In this document: piece by piece, positions 35,246-48,300 of the stretch
Layout of the letters: the number at the start of each line of letters is the position of its first letter
How positions within the stretch are numbered: position 1 is the first letter of the stretch
Assembly (NCBI GenBank): GCA_047495785.1
Contig: JBLDXI010000003.1
Coordinates: 2,480,001-2,544,000, forward strand
Length of the DNA stretch: 64,000 nt
Origin: Lepidodermella squamata
Taxonomy: Eukaryota; Animalia; Gastrotricha
Reading direction: 5' to 3'
The notes under the pieces: model-generated
Seen by the model: only the letters and a program-made list of their open reading frames with translations
Told to the model about the DNA's origin: nothing
Database searches by the model: none
Position numbers and translations under genes: made by a program

Positions 35246-36450
35246 ATGCGCAAGGATGCGTCCGCTCCAAAAGGTGACAAGAGCATGCCTCAAGAGCGTT
35301 TCTACCCCGAACCTGACCTGTTCAGCGAGGTCGGCTATGCTAACTGGACTAGTCACGTTCGAACGTACTATCCGGCGGCTAAATTTAAGAACACGAAAGA
35401 CATTCCTGACAGCTATTTTCGGAACAACGCTAGTGCTTTGCAGAAGAAAGGCAACATCATTGTCTACGGTTTTCTGGATAAGACTATTTTCTGCGCCTCG
35501 AAATTCTTCAAGCATCCGGAGAAACCTAACTCCATTCGCGATGATGGGCGGAGTAATGAAGATTTTCAACGATGTATCAAGGCCAAGGCCGATGATGCGA
35601 GCGATCATAGCGACGAAGGCTCAGTTGAAGTGAGTTACTTATCAAAATATCTTGTGTATATTTTATTATAAATGGTTTTCGAATGATAGTCTGCCGATGC
35701 TGGGGATATCTATGGCGGACCTATCGCAGAAGGCCACGGTGACCAATCGGATACGGACGATCAAGAGGAAAGTGGTGAGGAAGGATCAAATCTGATGAAA
35801 GTGAAGAAGAGCACGAGCAAGCTGCTGAGCCGGGAAAAGCTCGTCGATCGGCAAAACCTCATCCAACTCCACGTCTAAGTTTTCTGGATTCCAACCCATT
35901 CGACTCTGATGATGTCGATGGTGGTGATGAGCCAATAGTTCAGCCGATGGCTAGAGAAGTTGCGCCTGATGCGCCTCCGGACCATATCCTCCTTAGCGTC
36001 GAAGGAGCAGAGAAAACCAAGCTGGCGCTGGCCGTGCGGGTAACAGAAAAAATAGCTGGCGAAAGAGCCGCGCGGTTTCAAATCATCACAATTCTCAGCA
36101 AAGAAGTGGAAGGTCGCTGGAGCGTGGGACAAAAGGTTTGGTACCCTCTTGCTCACACGATGCAGCTCTCACCCGGTCCTGGCGGTGCTTCTACGTCAAC
36201 ACCGGCTCGACAGGATTTACCACCTCAGATAATCAGCATTTCCAGGGAGTCGGAGGAAGAAGTCGGTCCTCCGCCGAAGAAACGAAAGGCCGAGGCTCAG
36301 CAACCAAAAGCCAATATCCGACTCGGGGTGATTTTTGGCCAAGAGTATGAAATTTCTTGGGAGGTTGATGAGTCACTTTTCTTGACAAGTCGTTCTGGAC
36401 CATCGGAAATCGGCCGCAAATTTGCGCACAACTTCACGCTGCTCATCTGA
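35246..36450 (+). CDS. Unknown cargo gene inside piggyBac; intron ~35630-35689; probable frameshift near 35785
   Basis: ORF 35246-35629 splices to an acidic linker that continues in another frame into ORF 35947-36450, which has an NLS-like PPPKKRK. Confidence 0.55.
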
Positions 36451-37631
36451 TGCACCTAAAAAATCGCCTAAGCGAGAGCCTCGCGAGTGACAGTCGACAT
36501 TGGATGTCAAAACTGATATTATGACTTGAATGACTTGAATGGCCTTGTTCTGTCTCATTATGTGCTGTAAGTAAGTGCTGTTATGCCGTTATGTCATAAA
36601 GTATTATGTCATAATGTGAAAAATGTATCACACTGTTCTGCTTTATGCTTATTTTGCCGAAATTGAGCTTCAGAATAAATATCTTATTTAAAGTTCAGGT
36701 GAGAAGTATCGGTAGTTCCGGTTCATGGTTTCGAAATGGTTTGCCGAAAAAAAATTCCTACAAAATCTGCAGTGAAAAAATTCCGTCAAGTTCTACTGGA
36801 ACTTAGTTTCGGAAGTCAAGGTTGTTTTTGGTGTAATTTGGGCAGTTAAAGTGTTAAGTCTCTCTTGTAGATCGATCAGTTTTCGCTGCTCGTGGACGTT
36901 GAAGTTGATTTTCCAAGTGGGGTAATCATTTTTCCAATATTGCCATATATCGCTTGGTGGGAACAACCGTGAATTAGGCTTATTAAACGGAGACTCCAGA
37001 CAACTTGTGAGTGGGTTATCAACGTCATTGCGCTGCACGCAGAATCGGTAAACTGATCGATTGTTAAGTAGATTGAAAAATAATATGTCTTCAAGCTCGT
37101 AGTGCTCATCGATGTACTCGTGATGCTGAAGGGACCTGCACTTCTTATGGGCTAAGCCTTTACGAAGGCAATAGCCAAACTTTTCGTGTAAGCGCGGTTC
37201 AAAAAATAATGCTGGTTTTTGAGGCATGTTCATCATCTGATATTCGCTACCCATCCATACTGAATGCAGGTTCACTCCGATATCGATGAATAGGCGGTTC
37301 GGATTGCGGACGCAGTCTAGAGTGGGCTCACCGATGTACCTTGTGAATGCTGCTTGGTATGCGACTTTCGAACGATATCAGTTCTGAGTTTTGCATGGTG
37401 GCTGAATGAGAGGATATTTTGAGGAAATTGAAAAGACGCAATTGATTTTTCTGCTTGAAACATCTTTCAAGGTGGAAGTTTTTAAACTCGCCAATTTTAC
37501 ACACTTTTTACTCCGAAAGGTTCAACGGTTTTATGCACGAAGGTGCTAGAAAGCATTAAAGAATTCTTCTACAAATTTCTTCGATAAAACTACAAACGAG
37601 TTTTCTCTTGCTCTATTGGTCTCATATGAAC

Positions 37632-39935
37632 TCAGCGACCAACTGGGTTTAGTATAATGCCGAAGGTGGACGAGGAGGATAGCAACGCAGCTACTGCCAG
37701 CACGATGTTCACTGAGCAAGTAGCCGAGTCAGAAACAATCAGCAGGATCAGTGAAGTGGACACCAATACGGCTAATTGGTTGATTGTGGCCAGTTTCAAA
37801 GCTCTGAATTCAAACTTGGCGCCATTAATTGGTTTGAAGCTTCTTATACTGTTAGCCATAAAAATAGAGACCAGTAAGATCAAACATTCCAGAGACAGCA
37901 ATACCCCTGCCCAGACACTAAGTTGAGGCAACGCGCAGCTCACTCGGCTAATGTCGACATAACTGTCCAGGGAATCGTCAAAATACGGTTGGGAGGTCAG
38001 GACTTCCAAATTAGGACTCACACCCGCCAACCAACATGTGAGAAGAATAGCATTGATGGCGGGGATTGCATAAGACAGTACCAGCCTCAAATCACGACCG
38101 AAGATGGAATGATTCATCGCTTCAGTAACCTTTGAACTGACTGCCCTGATTTTTGGGTCGACTCGACCCTTGTATGCTCTAAGTGCTGTGTTAGCTGGCG
38201 ATGATCTTCTGTTCTGAATCTGAGACTTCATCCTAATGAAGAATTGCCAGGACTGATGCAGCAAAACTGAATTGATTATTGCTAAACCCTCACTGATGAA
38301 CATCGGTCTGATAAGGCATTCAATTTTAGCAAAGGACTTGTCCCCAACCATGATCAAAACACTAGAAATATTCAGCAGCAAGCAGCCAAACAACATCAAT
38401 ATCTTGGAGTGGAATTGCAGGTGAGTACTTGGTATCTTCCGATGGAAGTTGAACGCCAAGAAACAAAATTGGCTGAAAGAGAGAATTACGGCGATTACGC
38501 TTATTACGATATCTGATACTTCGCTACACCTTTCAACAAGATGAATCACTTGTGACAAATCTTTTGGGGGAAGGCCTTCCTTTGTCAACCAACTAGCCGG
38601 CTCTCTCCTTATGAAGAAGTAATCGTTGATGTCATACGATACCAGGTGAGACGTTGCAGGATCTTTACGAGTCAGTCTAGCAAGGAGTTTTATTTGACCT
38701 TTCGCAAGTTGCGCCATCCACATATCATCGCCAGCTACGTTTCCCAGTTCAGTGAAGGAAACTCGACCTATCCTGAGCCCATTGAACTCAGTCTTTGAGG
38801 AAACGGTCCGAACCACCTCCGCGATATTTTTCGGGTCATTCCCAAAGTCAGCCAGAGATTTGTTTGATGCTTTAAGAATCCTGTCTGCTTTATCCAAATT
38901 GACAACAGCAGCTGTGATCGCGTCGTGGCAAAGATGGCGGGCTGAGTAATCAGGGGCCTTGGAAAAAGCTGACATGTGATCCTCGAACGCATTAAGGCTA
39001 TATCCAAGACTAGACGGCGGCAACGAGGAGTTTGTCGGATTTCCGAATACGCCAGCAAAGAAGAAAACATCGAGCTGCTCATAAAGCATTTGTTTGGTAC
39101 ATCCATCAGGCATCACTAAGGCTGGACTTTCAACCGAGAAAACGCACCATAAGAGATTGACAAAAACGTAGTACGGTGGTCTCATTCCAGCCATATGAGA
39201 GTAGCAAAGAAAACGTACACAAGGTGGCACAGAGACTAAAACCAATAAAATTATCCTCGCGCCACTTTCTCGCAGGGAAATGGCCGTTTCAAGATTGATG
39301 TCGAAAACGTTAGCGTATTGCAACACTGATATTCCATTCGATGTCGCGAGCGCCTGCATGTGCTGCGCTATTAAATACTCATTGGCGTTGTTCGCGTTTG
39401 TAAGAATGGCGATTTGCTTCCAATTTCCCATGAATTTCAGAAAAGCGAGCCCCGCAACGACATTCGTTTCAGATGCAAGTTGGATTGTGTATAACGAGGA
39501 ATAGAGCTTCCTCTGCCTCACCAACAGTGCCCCGCTGCATTGAAATGAATACTCGGTGAAGTGGAGATGCTTAGCTGCCAAAGCCACTGTGTTACAGGCA
39601 ACAGTTGGCCCATAGATTATTGGTGACAATACTACGTTTTTATCTTCACTCCGATTTCGGTAGTACCTCATCAGACCGTAGTTGGCCAAAGTTGCCGCTG
39701 GTCCTTCATTTTCGAGATGTGGCTCGATAATGTAGCCTGGCAGCGTGTCAGTTCTGGTGTTGATTCGATCAATGACGAAGCGAATCGCCGCATCGCAAGC
39801 TGGCATAGTGGGCTTGTCGTTACCGTCAAATGGCAGAAATACTAACATTGACAATCGACTGGTCTGGTTGACAAGTAACTGTTGCTTTGAAAAAGGAAAG
39901 ACCGCGAGGCTCAGAAATATTGAAACGATTATCAT
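37632..39935 (-). CDS. Intronless class C GPCR, GABA-B receptor-like (Venus flytrap + 7TM)
   Basis: Signal peptide, INTRTDTLPGY, W..IAIL and ARIILL Venus-flytrap motifs, seven hydrophobic segments, no Cys-rich linker. Confidence 0.87.
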   Translation of the reverse strand: MIIVSIFLSLAVFPFSKQQLLVNQTSRLSMLVFLPFDGNDKPTMPACDAAIRFVIDRINTRTDTLPGYIIEPHLENEGPAATLANYGLMRYYRNRSEDKNVVLSPIIYGPTVACNTVALAAKHLHFTEYSFQCSGALLVRQRKLYSSLYTIQLASETNVVAGLAFLKFMGNWKQIAILTNANNANEYLIAQHMQALATSNGISVLQYANVFDINLETAISLRESGARIILLVLVSVPPCVRFLCYSHMAGMRPPYYVFVNLLWCVFSVESPALVMPDGCTKQMLYEQLDVFFFAGVFGNPTNSSLPPSSLGYSLNAFEDHMSAFSKAPDYSARHLCHDAITAAVVNLDKADRILKASNKSLADFGNDPKNIAEVVRTVSSKTEFNGLRIGRVSFTELGNVAGDDMWMAQLAKGQIKLLARLTRKDPATSHLVSYDINDYFFIRREPASWLTKEGLPPKDLSQVIHLVERCSEVSDIVISVIAVILSFSQFCFLAFNFHRKIPSTHLQFHSKILMLFGCLLLNISSVLIMVGDKSFAKIECLIRPMFISEGLAIINSVLLHQSWQFFIRMKSQIQNRRSSPANTALRAYKGRVDPKIRAVSSKVTEAMNHSIFGRDLRLVLSYAIPAINAILLTCWLAGVSPNLEVLTSQPYFDDSLDSYVDISRVSCALPQLSVWAGVLLSLECLILLVSIFMANSIRSFKPINGAKFEFRALKLATINQLAVLVSTSLILLIVSDSATCSVNIVLAVAALLSSSSTFGIILNPVGR

Positions 39936-42328
39936 GATTACGGTGACACGATCATCTGCAATTTGAAAAATGATGGTTCAATGATTGTGAGCTCAGCGTT
40001 GGTCCCATTGATATCCTAACCTGCGGATGATATTACAGTAGGGCGAAGCAGTTTCTCAATATTACATGAAAACGTGGCGTGTACCGAATAATTTTACCGC
40101 GATACTGTTCGCGAAAAGTCAGACGAAGTTATAATAGAGCCTTAAGAACCCCTATCAAGAGTCATAATACGTTTATACTTTATTATAGCTAAATCATACA
40201 GAGCGGAACCGAAATTCAACACGCTCTGGCGATCAGCGCTCACTTATGAAGTGTCTCACAGTCCGGAAGCGACATAGTCACCAAATGCATGTTGCATGCG
40301 ACACCCGACGTGATTATATGTAGGCGATTTCCATACAGCATGCTCAATTATAACTCTATATTTTAAATTTCAATACATTCATTCCTTGGGGAACTGCAAA
40401 AGACGAACATCGAAATAAAATATGCAGGAGATTGGCATGAATCGCGGCGTTGTGTTGCGGTAAATATCCCAGGGCTTCTCTTGTTTTTTAGCCTTGGTGC
40501 TCCACACAGAAAAATCTTGCACCTCAGTTGCCTATCTTTGACCAATTTCGACCAATGTTACGACGCGAAAGAAAAGCAAGACGCAGTCAATATCTCGACA
40601 ATATTTCCGACGTATATTTTCTCGGTAAACCACAACAAAATGAGAGATGCATGAAATCGGTCAGCTTTTATCGGCAATCGGCACTACCATGCTGTATTGA
40701 GGTGTTAATCACGCGTGAGGTTAAACACGTGACGTCGTCGTCGGCGCGTCAAAATCCCTAGCTCTTTTATCGCTAGCGCGAAAAACATCGCAGGAGTTGG
40801 ACTGGGTGATTTTTACGACGACTTCGGTGCAGCGCGTTTCAGCTGCTACGGCTTGTCTGATCTACGTTTCTACGAGCATACCGAGCATACAGCCTACCAA
40901 TGAAGCCATCAACTAGATGCCGCGGGTTGGGCCACAGAACGACTCGCCTATAATAGACACGAATAGCGTAAATGTTTGCATCTTAGACAAGTCAGTTGCG
41001 TGTGTCTGATCGCTGGAATGCCAGTTTTCAGTGCATCAAATTCATTACGTCATCATCTGTCCCTATTCTAGGCGAGTCCTTCCGCGATTTGTTTTCGAGA
41101 AACTAATTTGAAGATGACATGAGATAATATGCTTAGATGCGATGTGTTGAAAGCACATTATGTCAGTTTTTGCTGAATTGAGAGCCTTGGGAGCTTTGAA
41201 ATCTATTACTTATGAAAAGACGGCTATTTTCTTGGTTTTCTTCCGCAGTAAAATCCTTGATAATAATTCCGGAACTCGCTATTTTCGCTCATGCATTTTC
41301 GTTTCATGATATTCCCGGCAACTGTTGCTTTTCAGGACCGGCACAGCTCTAATCTGCTGATGGCGTTCGCAATCGAGAGAATTTTTACGCCTCTGACCCC
41401 TCTGACGCACATGACCTCCACGCTAAGGTTCTATTTCGTGCGCGATCGCTGTGTGAATTGAGATAAAACAGGCCAGTGAACTGTTTTTAGAATGGAGAAT
41501 ATCAATCAATCAAAGTGGCCATTTGTAACGTATGTGATCCAAATCACAGATCCATATCGATGAGTCAATGACAGCGGACATCAACAGACTACAGAATAAG
41601 GGTGCGCCTTAGTCACATGCACATAGTGACACCAAAATTGCGACTAAAGATAAAATATAACAAAAGAAACCCGTATTTCTCGCAGTAAAACCGGCTGATT
41701 TTTTCGCCTAATGTCCCTCTTCACCAAATCATCCTCGCAGGCCGAAATTCAGCCAGAAAAACGTGTTAGATTTTATCTTGAGACGCAATTTTGGCGTCAG
41801 TCGTCAGTCAATCGCGATTTCAGGACTCATTTCGGACAAAATGTTCAATGCGGTACCCATGCCCAATATTAGCATGCGCTTGATATTATCCCCAGTGCCC
41901 ATGTCGACAGAACGGACGAGTTATTCGTTCGACAAATAAATTCCAGACCATGTGATCAACGAGCGCGTGGTCTGGTGAAGGCGTGTTGAGCCTTCATGTT
42001 ATTCACATCGTAGCTAGGGAATAACATATGCAGGAAATTGGCAGGGGTTGTGGCGCTGCGCTGCGGTAAGCATCCCGTGGCTTCTCTCGTTTCATAGCTG
42101 CTTACAGAAAAATGCAGAGGCGAATAAAACTGATTAATTGAATCTTGCACTTCACTTGCCCATCTGCGACCGACGTTTCGATGCAGGGGGAAATTAAGAC
42201 GCAACCAATATCTGAAAAATTTGACCATTTAGACAGTGACATTAGCAGTTCAGTTTGGCTAATAAGGAATGAGATATCATCGCTATTGTTCGCGTTACAT
42301 TGATATGGCTATGGGCAAGAGGAATGAA

Positions 42329-45300
42329 ATGAAATTTCTACCACTGTTGCTATTTTGCCTCACCGTTGTTCAGCAAGCCGTGTGTGGCAGGATGTTCTAC
42401 AGATTAAATGGGCAGAAACCAATAACGGTGATACAAGGCGATGCAATCGCAAATTATCAACTATCGTCGTGAGTTCGAATTGTGAGATTTACGTTCATAG
42501 AATAAGGTGACCGTATAGTGACCGTATGTTCTTCAAAACCATAAAAAATGCAGGAATTATTATTTAGCTGCTAGGAATACAAGGTAAATAACGCCGAACT
42601 TTGGTCTGCCCGGATGCTCGGCAGATGATGACTGAAGGTAAAAAACGAGCCGGTTGATCAGCGAGAATAACGAATTACTACTTTTTCTTGATGCGCAATT
42701 TGGCATGAAAAAGATTTTATTTTGCAACCTTTGCCTCTCGGCACTCGCGGCGCGTTAACTCATGCCCGCACTACGCTTTCATAAAAATATAAAAGCCATA
42801 ACAATTAGTACTGCCATTAATTATTAGAATTAATGAATTTTTGAACCAGAGACATATAGACTAATCATCCTTTCTCTTTGCTCTAAAGATCTACCATGGA
42901 GACGGAGAACCATTGTGCCGCCCTCTGTGGCCGAACAACCGGATGCAATGCGGCGTATTTTCGGAAGGCTGACAAGACTTGCACTTTGTACTCAGTTTCC
43001 ATCACTGCAGTGCAGCTCGACACAATTGCAGCGGCAAGCGGGGACGTAACATTCCATCTCGCTTCTAACTCAGGGTCATCCGAAGGTCGTGACAGCGCAA
43101 TATCGCGAGCGAAGAAATCTATCAAGTACATGTTGGATGCCATAGCGAAGCGTGAGCTTTTATAGGGTATTTAAGGATCATTTAATCCCATCTATTACTT
43201 CACTCAGCGTGTCAGAACCCCCAGCCACTTGGAATGCGCTCGAAAAATTGCAGTGGCCAGCTGTCGGACGATTATGCCTTAGCTATTCGGAACGACCAGA
43301 TAAGCGGCGGGACTAATCCACAAGTTTTTGCAAACGTAAAACCCGTTTTTGGTAGAATTTGTCTAGGCACGGATGAATATCAGACGACTCCCCAATTTTA
43401 CTACGCTGGTGGCGCACCCAACCCAACAACTTCGTTTATACAGGTATATCTAACATCTGCTGCAGGTTTCTTGGAAATTTTAGTGATATATGCAAGATAT
43501 CGCTCGATTCTTTCACTTGGCTGCACTACTTCGAAATAAAGCCATTCGGATATACTTACACCAGTTCTATAGGCTACAGCTTGGACGGGACTACTTGGCA
43601 AGACTACCTATCAGATGACGGAACCGTAGCAATATTCAAACACAACACATCTGTCCTTTCTCTAACCTCCTTTCGATTTGATTTATGGTCCCCTGTTATT
43701 GTTCACCACGTACGGCTCTATCCTCGAACTTGGTACGCTACAAACAACTTCGCCTTTCAAGTCGAAATGTACGGCTGTCAGGCGGTTTGCCGAGGTGAGA
43801 TGCCGATCGATGCTAGTAAGCATTCATATGCATGTATTTTAGAGCCGCTCGGCATCGAAGCGATGGAACTGAGTTCGAGTCAGTTCTCCCAGTCATCCGC
43901 TAGCACATCGAATGGCACAGCCAAATTTTCTAACCTGAACAACCCGTGGCATGGATGGATTGCGGGGAGTAACAGCCCGAACGAGTGGATTCAAGTCGAT
44001 ATGCTGAAAAACTACATTGTCCGCATTGATTCCATCTAACTTTAAACTAACTGAACTTATGATACTAGATTACTGGGGTATCGACTATGCTTTCAAGGCC
44101 GTCTGTAGCGGGAAATCAAGGTTCTAGCATTTTCCGCTTGAGCTATTGTATTGATCCTGATTGCGGTGACCTTGGTTGGCGGGACGTTCGCAAGATTGGG
44201 ACTTCCGACAGTTTAACTTCATTTCAGGCTAGTATTTAGCGTTAATTCGTAGGGGTTGGTTCGTAATTAAGTTCATTTAAGGTTTTCACGAACGGCAATT
44301 CAGGTGACACTTACACTACAACTTTTTTCGACAAACCTATTGTGGCGCGAATGGTTCGACTAAATGTACTGCAGCAAGCATCACTGCCTGGGATCAGGTG
44401 GGAACTTCTCGGTTGTCGAGGTCTACATTGCCTCAGAATTTATCCATCTAAAATAACGAACTTAAAATTGCAGAAGTTCCTTTGATCATGTACAAATCAC
44501 CAGATCTTGCCTTATCCAAGCCTCTTAGCTCGTTCACAAGCTCAGGATTCAACCGGATGGATGCCTCAAACGGGAAGCTAACCGATCAGCCAAATTATGA
44601 CACTCAAGGACGAATCAGGTCCTGTGTTCGTCTAGACCCCGATGCGAATAACCCATCATACGCTACCATTGATTTGGGTGCACGTCTGTCTGTCACAGAT
44701 ATTGTCGTAACTCCGCCTAGGTTGTATTCAGCCTTAGAACCGATAGGCCTCTGGCTACTAGATGCTATGACGGGGGCGAATGATCTCAGCGGTCAGGGCA
44801 CGGATGGAATTTTTTCGCCAACCATTCAGCTTGCCACCGGTCCTTTTGGCAAACCGAAGACAGCTTTTCGTTTCACGAAAGCATCTGATACAATGGCTGT
44901 ATTGATGCCTAAAACAACTGTTGTTGCAGCTACCAGTTTCCCTAACAATGATTTTTCTGTTTTCCTCTGGATTTACATTCCCAAAACTTCTTGGCCAGGC
45001 CTTGCTACAACATTGGTTCAGTTTAACTACCCGGGCACGTCAGGGTAAGCTCTCTTAGCATGCATTGGCTTGCTCAATCCTAATATTTCATTAGTTGGCA
45101 AGGTATTAGCGCTTATCCATACGCGAACGCCTCAACCTTCATGCTGAAAGGGTTTGGCATGACAACTGGAGGTATAGCTATGGTGCCTTTAGAGGTTGAT
45201 CGCTGGTATTTCGTCGGCTTTGTTTTTGACAGGGCAAGATGTAAGGTGTTGCCTTCCGATATTACATTGCACAAATACTCAATTTCTGCAGCTAGCTACT

Positions 45301-48300
45301 ACATTACTGCGAATAATGTTGTTGTGGGAGCTGGGGATATAGCAACACATTACACTGGAGGGATATTGACCAATTCATCTGTTACAATGGGTCCGTTTGT
45401 TGCTAGCAGCCCCAGAGTGATGGATAGGTACTTGGCCTGTGTCCAGATGTACAATCGGGTTCTATCGAGAAAAGAGATGGATGACGCCATGCTTTGTCCG
45501 TGGCAAAGTAAGTTCATGGTAATGTTACTACCACTTAAATTACCTTCAATCCCAAATAGTGCCAACTCCTCTTGTATTTTGGCCACTGGACGGAAAATAT
45601 GGCTTAAACGACTACATGGGATCAACAGCCATGGGATTGTCCAAAGGTAGCGGAGCCTCGAATGGCGCCTTTCTAACAGGAGCCGCAAATGCTAGGTACT
45701 CTCTCGGAGCTTTTGTTTTTAATGGTGCGAACAGCTCATTCTTGTCCCACCCAAATTCGAATGGAGAGCTCTTATCCCCGTTCGCTATCACGATTAGCTT
45801 CTACGTGATGTGCCAGTCTCAAACCACAACCCAGTCAGTTCTTGGCTACCTTCACCCGACAGCCTCCCCTCCAACATATGCTCTAGGTGTAACGTGTCAA
45901 GATGGCCTCTTCAATTTTACAGTGAGTTGCCGCAATATGCCTTACACCGGCGTTTTCCGAGCTAATCTGACGTCTAAATTGATGACAATGCAAAGATTGA
46001 GACATATAACTCTGACTTACAATTACGCTACTGGCCAGTTTGCGGTCTATCACGAGGCTAATCTAGCCGTTTTAAGGCAGCTGCCACGAGGTTGTGAACT
46101 TGAGACATCAGGGCAGTTTAGAGTCGGATCCTTGCCTTCCCCTTCGACGCTCACTCTCAACGATAGAGTTGCATGTGTGATCATCTTTAACCAAGCGCTG
46201 ACGAGTAGAGAAATCCAACAGGTCTCTCGATGTCCCATTTTCGGACAGCGGGCTGTGTTGACGTGGTCACTTGATTATGTCTATCGTTGGACTCAGTTTT
46301 TCACCGATGAGCCTCCAACATCAAGCGGGGATCAGGCGACACCATCTGGTTCTCTCACATGGACAGATTCGCCTATTCCTCCTCAGGCCACGCACAACTT
46401 CAGCGCTACTGCAACAGCTTACTCAACGACAGCTATAACTCTGGCCAGTCAAATGCTGAGGACTGGAGCGTTTACTGTAATGGAATGGATCTCGCTAACT
46501 GTAACTCCCACAGCTACAGCATTTGTCTTTGCAACAAAAGCTGCTGCTGGCGTCTCACATATTACCCTGAGCATAAATTCATCCAGAATTCTGTGAGTTA
46601 TTCATGATTGTTTATGGTTCTGGTCATGACGTTCCCGTAAACATAGGGTAGGACAGTTTCAATGCCCTGCCGGAAGCACTTATCAGGTAACGTGGAACGA
46701 CACAATAGCATTGAGCACATGGAACCACTATGCTCTCTCCTACGATAATTCGTCGGCTATACTGAATCTTTTTGTAAACGGAAGGCTAGTTGCAAGTCAA
46801 ACAGGTGCGACTTGTGCTGACTTGAGCTCAACCATTGGTTATCGAATCGGTGGTACTGATTACTCCGGTGGGACCTTGTCAGGTATGGCTGTCAGCTGCC
46901 TCTACGTCTTTAACTTTACCATGGATACGAATGCTCTTCAACACGTAATGAATGGCTGTCCGTCGAAAATCGAGGGTAAACTTTGCATTTTTGCGATTTT
47001 ATCGGGAACTTGTTTCTCTTCAATGAATAATTCCATTTCCCTTTCTAATTGCCTCACCCGATACAGTTTCCCCAAGTGCTTGTGAGTACCATCTTATGCA
47101 AATGGACGATTGGATGATGGTGTCTCTTCATGGTCCATCGGGTTGTGCGCATTTGGCGACAGTTGACCACCCTTCTTGTGAGCCTTCTACATTTTGAATT
47201 GCCGTTGTGAAGAGAATTTCTTTAGGCTTTTGGCGTGCTCCTAGCGATGTGGGCGCGGTTATGGGAGTCAGCCTTAACCATGACTTCGAAATAAGGGCTG
47301 TTTTAACTGCTGGCAGTCCAATAGCCGATGAATGGGTCACAGGTTTCTTTCTAAAAATCTTCTCCTCCCCGAATCTAGCGTCGACCATCGCCGATGATTC
47401 TGCTAGAATAAAGGACGTCAACGGGAATGATTTGGTATCTGATTGTACGCTGTTGAAATCGTAAAACCAATTTGCAAATTTGCAGGTATTTGTGGGAAAC
47501 TCCGATCGAAACTCTATTATTGAGAATCGCCTACCGTATCCTGCAAGAGGCCGTTTCATAATGTTCGAAGTAGCTTCCTTCTCTGGCTGGCCATCACTTA
47601 GATTTGGATTGAAAGGATGCAAAGGCTAGTGTGAACCCGAATTTTTTTCATTATGTACTGATTGGATTTCTTATTTCTTAGTCCGAACTTGCAATCGAAG
47701 ACTGATTCTACACAGCAAAGCAGAAATCATATCCGTTAGCCATTCGGACTCGGATTGCTCGAATTTCCAAAACAGCCTAATCGAAGCGGGTCTAATTTGG
47801 TCTTACTCACTGACCAGCCCTTTTGAATCAAGTCAGGAAATATTCTGGCAAATATCTTTCGGCTACCTTGCTCGCGTAACTCGGCTGCAAATGCGGGGTA
47901 GCAACAATGTGTGCAGCAAGCCTGGTTGGATTCAAAAATTCAGACTTGGCTACAGTTTCAATAACAATCAGTGGCTGATGCACAAAGGCGAGGACGGTTT
48001 TGTCCAAGAGTTCACCGCGAACTCAGATAAGACGACTATTGTTGAGATACCTCTTCGAATCAACCCACTAATCGGCCGTTTCATGCGCATCTATCCCACC
48101 GCATTCGCGAATGGAAATATCGCGATGCAAACAAGAATATTCGGCTGCCAAATTGAAGACACTGACGTCCCGTTCCCTGCAATTGAGGTCACGCTAGGGA
48201 ACAATACCGTGACCAAAGCTACATCTGCTTTTACCAATCCAAAGATCGCTCGAACGCTGTATCAGGGCGAGATAAGTGATCGAGAGCCTATCAGATTGAC

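Larger units (their letters stand above)
33240..36853 (-). mobile_element. piggyBac-superfamily transposon, 3614 bp
   Basis: TTAA TSD at 33236-33239 and 36854-36857; ~70-bp imperfect TIRs starting CACTTTAA[G/C]TGCCCAAATTACACC. Confidence 0.93.
32827..37275 (-). pseudogene. Paralog of the 26935-28222 gene, interrupted by piggyBac (parts ~37275-36854 and 33235-32827)
   Basis: Removing the element at TTAA restores the frame ...LQERL|KRWSTGGEVATIF...PIEWVIAHVP, matching the paralog's STGGRVSVIY...PIEWMAIHLP. Confidence 0.85.

Noticed and set aside
40000-42260. Short ORFs in the GPCR-lectin intergenic region
   Set aside because: No motifs, signal peptides, consistent splice chain or repeats recognised
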